Shown piece by piece: positions 26,209-37,050 of a stretch of 64,000 nucleotides of DNA. Source of the stretch: Selaginella moellendorffii (Eukaryota; Plantae; Lycopodiophyta); the NCBI RefSeq assembly GCF_000143415.4, contig NW_003314318.1:558001-622000 (forward strand), written 5' to 3'. Numbering within the stretch: the stretch's first letter is position 1; each line of letters starts with the position of its first letter. Under the pieces are notes generated by a model. The model had not been told where the DNA came from. It saw nothing but the letters and a program-made list of their open reading frames with translations, and ran no database searches. A program made the translations under genes and the position numbers.

Positions 26209-27324
26209 GGCTGCGTTACGCTGCTCGCTGCTATACCTGCGAGCGAGACCACTGGAATCTGAGCCAAGCTGAAGACAAATCGGAGCTTAGACACTGACTA
26301 CCTTAAGATCTTCTCGCGAGAAGGCCTCCTCGAAGGGAATGGCTTTCCGCCTCGTCTACAACAACTAAGAGAGCACGCTGTGAGGCATGTGTGACAAGTA
26401 AAACACAGCGCACTACGAGCGCATTCAAGCCAAGGACGTCTGCGCGACGCGGAGGAAGAATCATTCACATGCAACGCAGCAAGAAAACAAAAGAATGCAA
26501 GAAAATGCTCTATGAATGCACGCAAGTCGGTGACAAACAAAGCCTGAAAACATCTACGCGCTCCGCTAAACTCACCGCCTTTTGTCCTTGGAAAGATTTC
26601 AGGATTTCTTAGTGTTTGTTCTCAGCCAGATCTCCTCTCCATCTTCCTGCGTAGAAACACTCTCTGAGAAAAAAAAAAACAGGCTGGAAACCATAAATGT
26701 GGAGCAAAGTGGCATTGTGGCAGGGGGCGGTAACTTAATGTTTGGTACCTATGAGTGAGCTCTACAGGATTGATTGATTGACTTGTATACCTTACCTGAA
26801 TATTCGTCCATATTTTTACTGTGTGGACGTTTCCCACAGATGGAATCAATGGCATGGCTCCTTCATTTCTCTCCTCGGTTTCGATCAAAGAAAACCAACC
26901 ACGATTTTATCCTTGGTTCCTGTTTTCCACCACCAGGACAAAGACAATTAGCTTTCGAAGTTCACTACCTCCCACAAACGAGAATTGAAGAGGTTGCTAA
27001 GATCCGAACACGGAACAATGTTTGTCGTCGCTCGCTGGCTGCTGCTGCTGCTGCCTGAGAGGAAACGAGTGTTGGTGACGAGTCAAATAGAACATTAAGG
27101 TGAGCTCTTACAGTGTCCAGCCAGAAAATTTTGGCGCTGTCGAAGGCCAGGGGCCAGAAGTACCGTCAACAACGAAACAAACTACTTATCAACAAGGATA
27201 TGAGCTCTAGTACTGTCAACAACGACTAGAATGAAACTATACAAGCTTTAAAAATAGTTGGAAACTTACCAGTCTCCCTCCAGTTCTGAGTTACACAGTA
27301 GTAAAACAGTTGTATTCAACATCA

Positions 27325-27705
27325 AAAGGAATGCCGGATCGTGACACCATAAAAGCCAGTACCTTTGAGTTGGGAACTTTTAGCTCCTCACCAAGTTCCT
27401 GTTCTTGAAGCAACAAAGATAAAAGACCCAAAAACAAAGAAGGCGATTTGTAACTTCAAAACTTAACCCATGCTCTTACAAAATGCCACCTTCCCTCTCG
27501 AAGCTGTCCTAGAGGTATTGCACAGCCAAGCCTGGAAAAGAAAGAAAAGATTAATGAGTGACATAGAAGAAGGGGCAAAATGTCCACCTTGTCCGAGTCA
27601 AAGCCACTAGAGGTACTTCACGCTTGACGACTTCCGGAGTTATTCCTCACTGTCCTTTATATCTGCTCGGCTGCAAGAACGAATCAGTAAAAGGAAGAGG
27701 ATCGA
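27325..27705 (-). pseudogene. Degenerate, deletion-riddled duplicate of the RPL38 gene at 52136-52478, retaining intron remnants and 3' UTR
   Basis: The reverse complement shares ordered blocks with ~52145-52660: cag|ccga(a)gcagat, gtcgtcaag, gaagtacctcta, gactcggacaagg, gccccttcttct, tttcttttccaggcttg.ctgtgcaa.a.ctctaggacagcttcgaga.ggaag, gcattttgtaagag.atgg.ttaagtt, tttgggtcttt, ggaacttggtgag, ttcccaactc.aaggt.ctg. Confidence 0.85.
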
Positions 27706-27730
27706 CCACGCTAATACCTCAAGCTCGCTC

Positions 27731-30019
27731 TCACAAACTCCTCGCATCTTCATAGTCTACTGCAACCACAAACTGCCTCATTTTCTGCAAGACTGGAATA
27801 TCTTTTCCATGGCCTCCTCCATCGCTGCTGCTCTTATAATCCTGCCATCCTGTGAGTGGATACGTCTCTTTGGGAACGCACGACCACAAGTTATACGAGT
27901 TCTTCTTCAACACAGCATCGACCTTCTCCAAACCGCTGGCTTTGACATCGCGTTTCTTAAACACCTGAACCAATATGTTGTCATCCATGGCACATGGAAG
28001 CGTCTCGGACGTTGGTTTCACGTACTTGCCTTTCCCCATTTTCGCTTTGAGATCCACAGCTGAGTTTGCCTCTTCCATCACATGTGGTGCAACAGCGATC
28101 GAAGTCTCCGCTGGGCGTCTCCCGTCCTCAAACACCTCCTTCACTCTGAAGTTGCCACCACGGGACAGAAGCCTATGAACAAGTGACTCGTAGAGTTTCC
28201 CCCACAGACCCCCCACCCAAGGACAGCTGAATGTATGTTTCAGAAACTTCACCATCGCTGCAACTCCAGCCTGGATGTACTGCTCTCCCAGCTCTTTCAT
28301 CAGAGCCTCGCTTGCAAACCTCCGGCTCTTGACTTCCAAGTGATCATCACTTGCTACTATGTGAAGAACACAATCGCTCACGTTCTTGAAGTGCCCAGCA
28401 CACAAAACAAGCCTGGCATCCTGGACGCTTGATCCTAGACGCTGGACAGCATCTCTAACCCTGTCCCTGCCATCCTTCAACTTCCATTTAGTTAGAATGT
28501 ACCTCGCAACACCTCCCAAGTAATCGAATGCCTGGAGCGCTGTGGTTTTGTCCACCACCTTCATGCTTTCAAACTGACTTCTGTGAACCTCGAAGTCGCT
28601 AAAGAATGCCTCGACTTCCTCCCTGGACCACACCGATATGTAAAGCTTGAGGCAGTCTCCCGACTTCCCGAATTCTCCATAGTTGCTCTTCTGAGTCGAG
28701 CAAGTCAAGAGTATTTTGCACACGCCCTCCACCGCAGCCTTCTGCTTGCCATCAATCACTAGCCACAATGACGGGTCGTCCAACATATCAGTGATAACCT
28801 TGTCATCCATATCGTAAGCACCTTCAACGCAATGCCTTCGCAGATTGAGAACGTAGACAGTAGCACCTTCCTTCTTGTACAAAACGCGTTCGTGACCCAT
28901 TTGTCCCAGCCTAGTAATCCAGTGGTAGCCGAAGAAAGTTTTTCCCGTTCCTGCAGTGCCGAGAACAATGAAAATGCGAGCCGTCTCCGTCAGCAGTTTG
29001 GTTTCCAGACTCGTATATGCCTTTCGTTTCCACAGCAGGAAAGGCCGGACAAAGTTCCCCAGCGGATCACGGTCTAGAATCCAGAACTTCTGATGGTCAG
29101 TCTCGCCAGCCCGCGCAAGTGACGCCACACCAGCTGTGAAGCAAACCAAATCAGACTAAAAAGCCAGAAACGAGATCACAAAAGCCGAGAGGCAAACAGC
29201 AACAGCAACAGCATCATGAACAGTAGATGAGAAAAGCTTCAAACAAACATTGCACGCACCACTACTTGAAAGTTATCAGCAAAAACTATGCCAGATCAAA
29301 CGCAAAACACAACCAGAAGTGAGCATGCTTACCTGGCACACCTTTCACCTTTGTTGGTAGCACTGCAACAAAAAAAAAAAAAAAACAAAAATTAAAAAAA
29401 TGTCAGCACAACAAGAGAAGAAAAGAAAACTTTAAAAAACAATAGAAACTCCGCAGGCAAGTGCATACTGACACAAAGATACATCACAGGGACTGAAACA
29501 AAGATCAACCCCCAGAAACACAAGATCCACACGAAAGTTATGGTTAGCCAGCACCCAAGTCAAGCAAAGACGTAAAGATCAACCAAAGACTCTCGAAGCA
29601 CCACCATTAAAGCTCACGGATTCACACACACACACACGAGAAACCCATCTCAAAGCCACAGCTACTCCAAAAGTCCCGGTGCCAGCAAACGAATTCACAG
29701 AGAGGGGCTTACCTGGGCGAGTCACTCTGAAGAAAAGCTCGTCCCCTTTCTGGCAGACATAGCCAGAAACTTGAGGAGTGAGCGCAACCCACGCAGGCTT
29801 GGGCTTGAATCGAAGACGGTGGACTTCATCCCCGCCCTTTGCTCCTGCCGCTTCCTGGACAGCCTCAAGCGCACCAGAGAATGTGGTGCCTGCTGCCACC
29901 CCCGTGCAGGTTCCCCTCCTCCGAACCACATGCCCGCTTGGCTCTACTTCTTCCGCGCTTACAATGCAGTAGAAAAGCAGAACATCCCACTCCACATCCA
30001 TGGCGTCTATGGCCGCCAT
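27731..30019 (-). CDS. Crinkler/RHS-like protein: N-terminal header + P-loop NTPase + restriction-endonuclease-like C-terminus; exons 30019-29713, 29362-29333, 29133-27731 (579 aa)
   Basis: GT-AG junctions keep the frame (307+30+1403 nt). Walker A IVLGTAGTGKT, Walker B WLVIDG, then LTCS..NY.EF.K, YISVWSREEV, LGGVARY, VLHIV, FASE, GKLYESLVH, YVKP..D..VQ, VP..Y, QFVVAV: the motif order typical of CRN NTPase+REase proteins. Confidence 0.75.
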
Positions 30020-33000
30020 TCAGAATTCAAAGCAAAACCCTATTCGCCCACACCATGGCATGAATCAAAATAAATATTTCAAATCTACATTCTACTTAGT
30101 GGGAAGTGAGCGACGATCTGGACGTCACCATAAATCAGCTGGATCACTGCGACAAGAATGGAGGGGCATAGGCCTATGCACTCAGAAACAAAGAGACAGA
30201 GCAGAGGACTATCACATCCTTGGCGTGAGGGAATAATCGTTACCCAGCAGTTCTGTTACGGGTATATTTTCTATTGACAAAACTATCTAATTATATATGT
30301 TTGTTTGATCTTCAATAGCAAATCTGGTGTTTCGCATTGCATCGAATTGAGCAATGACAGAGCTATCTAATTTATTCATTTTTTCATAAACAAGATTATA
30401 ACTAGGTTTGTTTATCATGTTAAGCATTATCAGCATCTTAAGTTTATGGCCTAGTATCAAGCAAGTGGGTTAAAAAGTAAAACATTTTAAGATTTTCAAA
30501 TGACATCTCAACATCATTTCTTTGAAGTGGCAGACAAATTTTCTGGGTGATGCATTTCCAAGGACATTGATACCTATACTGGAGAGTGGAGGAGACACCT
30601 ACCTAGAAATCGAACTGTTTATTTATGTGATTTTTAGGGTTCAGGATGGCACTGCAATTGGGCATGTCTATACTCATGCTTAACAGAGAGCATTCTTGGC
30701 AGCAAAGAATGGACCTTGAACATGATCATAAGGATGATGGCTCATTCTTGCTCAAGACTTGACACTCGAGGAATAGAAGATAGGGAGGATAACTTTCCAT
30801 TTCTTTTGTACCTTTTAGCATTTTATTTAGTGACTAATCTTGATAATCCATGTGGCAAGCAATAGAACCAAAATATGACCCAACCACTAATTGAGTTATG
30901 AGTTAGTAAAATCTTGCACTCTTTGGGGTAAAGACAAGTAAAATGAGTAAGGAAGGGGATCATGTCTTAACAACCTTTTTTGTTATTCAATCCAATCTAG
31001 GTATTCTTGTTTTCTCAAGTCAAAAAAAAAAACAACTTGAAAGGTCTATTGAAGATAGGGAAATGACATATAAATATAAGTACACTACTTTTTCTAATTA
31101 ATTGAGAATTTTGGGATACATAAAGTAAACATGAGTTTGAGTTAAGGAATTTATATATGGTATCAAAGATGTCTCAAATTCAATTTTGTTGATTGACTAA
31201 AAGAATTGCATTATAAATTAACATTGATATTTGTCTAAAAATCAAGTTTTCTCACTGGATTAAACTTGTGGGGTAAAATGTCAAAAGAGTGGGGCTTTTA
31301 ACTTTTATTCACAAAAGCATGAACTTGCAAGGAAATATAATAAATTACAAGTATGAAATTGTTTGAGGGGTTTTAAGCAATTAAGGTTTATTAAGATTCA
31401 AAGAAAAAAGAAAAAAACTCATCAATAAAAGTGCACCTCATGTTCTAATGGGAAGTCCACAATAAAAAAGTTATAAACCTTTTACCTATCAAAGCATATT
31501 TTGGCATCATTTGCCTCTTCAAGCTCCACTTTCTATTAACACTACTGGCTCTTTCGAAAGTGTAAAACAAAAAAGAAAAGATAAAAAAAAAAGGGAGACA
31601 AAGAAAAGAGGAATTAGGTAAAGTGGAAAGATAATTGGGTTTCTTATTATTTATATCAAAGTTAATATTGAGAATAAATTTAAGATAAAAATATAGAATT
31701 GCAAAAGTTTTGAAAAGTTTGTAGTTGTGTGTTTTGATTTTGACAAAAATAATACCTCTCAATAAAACAACAAATCTAGAAAACTAGATGGAAGATTAAA
31801 TCAAAAGCAATGGAACTAATGTCATTGTTTTTAAGGGAACCAAAATCTCTATCATCTAGCAATCTTCAAGCAGACACTAGCAAATAACCAATTATCAAAG
31901 GGACTATCAAATATGACAAACTAGTGTTAGTAATTCATTAGAAAATATTTGTTATAAAAAGATTAAGATTCAAGTGTTTTTGTCAAAATAATGAAGGTTA
32001 TACATGAAAGATGATTTACTATATAGATTATTCATTAAAGATCCAAAAGATGCAAAAATCTTTTGACACTCTTATTAACAAACTTTGAATTGAAATAACT
32101 CTTGTTATGTTTCTTCCTTTGATTATTCAACTTCACTTGCTCTGTTTATTAGTTTTATAAAATTCTCTGAATTCAAAATAGTGCCATATTAGTAAAACTT
32201 TTAATCTATGTGGCATTGTTTTAAATGCAATGAAATAAGGGTTATTCTAAATTCTATGGTAATTTATTTCAATTGCTAAAACATGAGAAACATTGCTACC
32301 ATAAATTTTACTATTTCTTATTTAGAATCTATATATACTTTACATTAATGTTTTTTAAAACCTAGTTAAAAACCAAAAAAAAAAACATGATTACTACATT
32401 CTACTTTAGTTTTTTCTCCAAAAATGAGAAATGTTTCTTTTGTCAATAGTTTTTTTTGTGCTTCTTATTATTAGCTTTCCCTCTCACGTCATGATTTAAG
32501 GAGGTGCATGCCTCTAAGTGTTATTCATACCATAGGGAGAGTTTGGGCGGCAAAAGGAATATTCATTTATTTATTCATTAACTGTTTATAAGGTCTTGTG
32601 GTACCCACCAAGAAGCATGAGACTGACTGATTATAGTAAGTTGTTTTGATTATCTCATGAGCCATTTGTTCGTTGAACTCCTCCAGGTCTTCTACCACCA
32701 CCTTTGGCTTTATTGGCCTGCCTATTGCCCCTGCTGATGCCTCTTGGGTTGGAACCTCAATATGATCCTCACCTAGCCATTAACATTTGTAATGAAAAGT
32801 GTTGTCACCTTGTTTTGATTCTGACTCAATTGCAATATGTCACAAGCATGGCATCAATGACTAAGGATTGGTGCTTGATCTCCATTTCTCATAAAAATTC
32901 ACAGATGCCCTTGGATCAATGTTCACCTGTGAGAATTACACATAGAATTGCACCTCAAAGGACCCATGGTTGACATAGTGGAGCATAGGTTGAGCACATG

Positions 33001-33242
33001 TTCACCAGATCTCCACATCTTCAACTTCTTTATAACATGAGGGGCAGAGGCAAATATCATATAGTAGCAATGGTCTCAAGTGACATTTGAGTTTTATTAT
33101 CAATCTATGATGCTTTGTTCTATAGCCAGGATTCTCTAATTGTAGGGGTGAGCTTATTGTAGATTGTGAAACTAAATTAGTGCCTTAGGTTGATAGTGTT
33201 CACATAAATTCTAAAGGGGACACTATCTTTCATCTGAGCATT

Positions 33243-34400
33243 TGTAGCGACTGTGACTTCGGGTATCAAAAGTTACCTGTCAACCAGTCCTTACGGACAC
33301 TCTTACCTTATTGCCACAATGGCAGGAAGTCGGTATTGCTGGACCCTTTATTAGCCCCTCTTGTTCAAGTGTTAATAAACTGAACTTTGCATCTGTACTT
33401 GGCCGGATGAGCATAAGAACGGAATTCCTAAGTGTCTATTTAGCTAAGCATACTTGGCTTGGCTTTTTAGTTCTCTTTTGCTCTGTCTTGCACTGGCTTG
33501 ACAAGAACCCTCACGTGTTGAGATTGGTCCCTTAATATCGCTACATGATAGTTTACCATGTTTGCCAAACACCCTCGCTATCATGCCCTTTGTGTTGGTC
33601 TCATTTTGGTCCCAAATACTATTTATGGAAAGTGTCTAGATTTGCTCATTTGGCATATCTACGGAATGTAGAGGTCGTCCTGAACACAATGGTGTTCGTC
33701 CAGTGTCCAAATTCGTAATCTAGGGACATTCCATATTTAGTAAGTTTTGAGTTTGTCCCAGAGACTAACTCCTGATACTAAGGGAGGCTTGGGGTGAAAG
33801 CCCAAAGCGTGTGTTCCTCAAAGGAAGGGGGGGTTGTAGGGGGTTCCAAATGTATAGTAGGGATAGTGAGTAGGTCAGGCATGGCTGACTAACCTGAGAC
33901 ATAGTCTAGTTTCCGCTTGCGTGCCCGTCCTTGTTCTGCATCTGGCTTGGGTCTAAGCCCAAGTTCCACACCATGCTAGCTGGTGGAGTACCCATATCCT
34001 CGCGTTAGGCCACCGGTATGCCGAAATAGCGCAAAACTCTATTTGGCTCCGTTTGGCTCCGTTTTGCGTGCTAGTCCTGGCATTAGGATGCTAGTTGCTC
34101 CAGGACTGTCCCAAGTTGCTCCGGGCTCCTGTCCCTTCACTCTTTGGGCTTTATGCTCAGGAGTTGCTTTGTGGTTCGGTTCCGTCACTTTTTGGCTTCG
34201 TGCTTGGGAGTTTGGCACTGTTCCTTCGTTCAGTGGCCCAAGGCCCTAAACCTCGGGTTTCTATGGACACGTGGCATGGACACGTGGCATATGACACGTG
34301 GCATCTGTCACGTGGCACATAGAGAGTTTAGGTTCCGCTTCGTAGTGTTATTTTATGGTAAATCACCATAGGATAAAGGGTCAAAACCACGTGTGCTACA
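33243..34400 (+). repeat. 5' LTR of outer element
   Basis: Direct repeat of 46385-47520 with many substitutions and small indels. Confidence 0.93.
34268..34317 (+). promoter_or_regulatory. Four tandem ABRE/G-box motifs (CACGTGGCA) in the outer LTR
   Basis: CACGTGGCA at 34268, 34281, 34295 and 34309; three copies remain intact in the 3' LTR (~47388-47437). Confidence 0.6.
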
Positions 34401-35839
34401 TTTGGTATCAGAGGATGAGTCTTAATGACTACTATTCAATGAGATTGGGCAACTCGTCTCGTTGCATACGCAGAGATGAAAACGATGATTCGAGTGGGTA
34501 CACGTTTGGTGCAAAAGGCTTTGCAATTGTTCCTTGGGTATGGATTCGGTTACCTTGTTGTACCATATTTTGTGAGCTTGACCTTGGGCTCACAAGTGGG
34601 ATTGAGTTGTTCCTTGTAGCATAAGTGAAAGTAAGCCTTCCCTAGGTTTGTTATGAGTGGCAAATAGGTTGGTCCGTAGCTGTTTAGCACGGCACTAGTG
34701 GATCCTTCCTAGGCATGGTTACAAGTGGATCAATCAAGGTTGTAGGGATTAGTCTATTAGTTCAAGTAGTCATTGTTGTGCTCTCTCATAAACTTTTCTT
34801 GAATTGGACTGAAGGTAGTGCGAAAGCAAGCTTGAGGTTTAGTCAAAAATGAGACCGAAAAGAGAGTTGTCAGAGACGGAGGATCAAACACGTAAATCAT
34901 TTTCTCTCCTTAGAGATATGATTTGCAACAAGGTGTAACTCATTGCTCGTGTTCACAATATGCAATCAAGAGTCCCTACCTTGATGCATGTTGGAGATGA
35001 TGGTCTTACAAATGGTGAGTTATGGGATAGATAGTAGTGAAGCGCTAAACCATTTTGTCTAGACTTGTGTAAGCGACTAAATTTTCCATTCTACTTTAGT
35101 CACTTAACCACACCTCCGACCACTTGGAGGAGTCTCATTCACAACCTCCATAAGTCCAATCCAGGACTTGGGACTTGCTAGCCCCGAGAATGGCATCCAT
35201 GCCACTCAACATTTGCACTTGGTCCAAGTGCTCCATGTGTCCGATCCCATGACCGACACTCAAAGGTACCACCGACATGGCAGCCCGTTACGCTAAGGCC
35301 ATGCCCAATCACCTTTGACACACTGGTAGTCCAATACCACTTGCATCACAGTCTTGGCTCTCCAAGACTAGGCAAACCATCCGTGAGTGGTCATCTCAAA
35401 TCCACTCCTTAGCATCCTTAGGATGCCTACCGACAAGGGGAATAGCCTTCCCCAATGTCCCTCTATCAATCCCCACTAAGTCCCTTTCTGCCCCTGGCCG
35501 TGTTTGCCAACACTGCCACTGGATCGAGACCCACAGGCCCGACCACTAAGTCCCACGGTCCTCTAGGACTTCCTCACCACACGACTGTGTCCTTGGTCAC
35601 TACCCCAGAGGACTGCTCCTCTTCCTTTCCACAGTCTGGGCCTTTGGGACAACATTTCGGAACACCGTGGCCTTACGCAAGCCACCTGGGTACTCTCCTC
35701 GCCTTCTGCCCTTGGGTGCTCTAGCCATGGGCTTAGAGCGGGGTTCCGTTGAGCCACAGCTCACGGTATCCAAGTAGGTAGTGCCACCCACACTTGGACT
35801 GGGAGCATCGGCCAGTCGATCTCCCGGGGGAACTAGAGC

Positions 35840-35971
35840 NNNNNNNNNNNNNNNNNNNNNNNNNNNNNNNNNNNNNNNNNNNNNNNNNNNNNNNNNNNNN
35901 NNNNNNNNNNNNNNNNNNNNNNNNNNNNNNNNNNNNNNNNNNNNNNNNNNNNNNNNNNNNNNNNNNNNNNN
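35840..35971. other. Assembly gap inside the inner 3' LTR
   Basis: Run of N; the corresponding sequence is present in the other LTR copy at ~41727-41858. Confidence 0.95.
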
Positions 35972-36074
35972 AAACTGGCTCCACTGCAGTCCTCCCCCTA
36001 CTATACTTTTGGAGCTCACCAAACCCCCCAGGGTCTGGGAGACGAACGCTTTGGGCTTTCACCCTCTCAGGCTC

Positions 36075-36575
36075 CGGACTTGGACTCGGACTCGGACTCG
36101 GACTCGGACTCGGACTCGGACTCGGGCTCGGGCTCGGTCTCGGTCTCGGTCTTGGTCCCGGTCCCGGTCTCGGTTCCATCTCGGACTCCATCTCGGACTC
36201 CATCTCGGGTCCATCTCGGACTCCACCTCGGGTCCATCTTGGACTCCATCTCGGGTCCATCTCGAACTCCATCTCGGGTCCATCTCGGACTCCATCTCGG
36301 GTCCATCTCGGACTCCATCTCGGGTCCATCTCGGACTCCATCTTGGTCCATCTCGGACTCCATCTCGGGTCCATCTCGAACTCCATCTCGGTCCATCTCA
36401 GACTCCATCTCGGGTCCATCTCGGACTCCATCTTGGGTCCCATCTCGGACTCCATCTTGGGTCCCATCTCGGACTCCATCTCGGACTCCATCTCGGACTC
36501 CATCTTGGGTCCATCTCGGGTCCACCTCGGATTCCATCTCGGACTCCATCTCGGGTCCCATCTCAGATTCTATCT
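36075..36575. repeat. LTR-internal minisatellite (GGACTC/GGTCTC hexamers, then GGACTCCATCTC/GGGTCCATCTC units)
   Basis: Directly visible; a shorter array sits at ~41957-42300 in the other LTR. Confidence 0.95.
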
Positions 36576-36924
36576 CGGACACTTCCACGTGTCATGTGTT
36601 GGTCCTTTTTGGGTCCCCTTTTGGAGCCTTGCTTATTGCTCGCTTCGTGCTTGCTCCTTGAGCACTTTGTTGGGAGTTCCACTCCCGCTCTCGACCTTCC
36701 AAGTCAGAGCTTTTAGTCCAAACGTGTTACACTCGTTTGGCTTTCGCTTCGGCCACTACCACGTGGCATCCTTTCCGGCTCCACTTTGGGGCCTAGGGAT
36801 TTTGTGTCTCACAACTCCACCACCCATAGACGAAGTTTGATGTCCTCATCGAACGGTAAACCATTTTATAAAGTAACACCCACATGTGTTACCATTTCCA
36901 TCTTTGGCACCTAGCCAATATTTG

Positions 36925-37050
36925 TCAATGGTCTGACATTGAAGGCTCACCATGCCTTCTCTGTATTCGTCAATGGTTTAATATTGAAGGCTCACCATGC
37001 CTTCTGCATATTCATCAATGGTTTGACACTAAAGGCTCACCATGCCTTGC
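36925..37050. repeat. Three 45-bp tandem repeats in the inner element
   Basis: (g/a)aaggctcaccatgcctt at 36941, 36986 and 37031. Confidence 0.85.

Noticed and set aside
35733-36840. Long repetitive ORFs (MESE/DSIS/GLHL repeats), also at 41681-42603
   Set aside because: They arise from stop-free LTR minisatellite units and are open in most frames on both strands.
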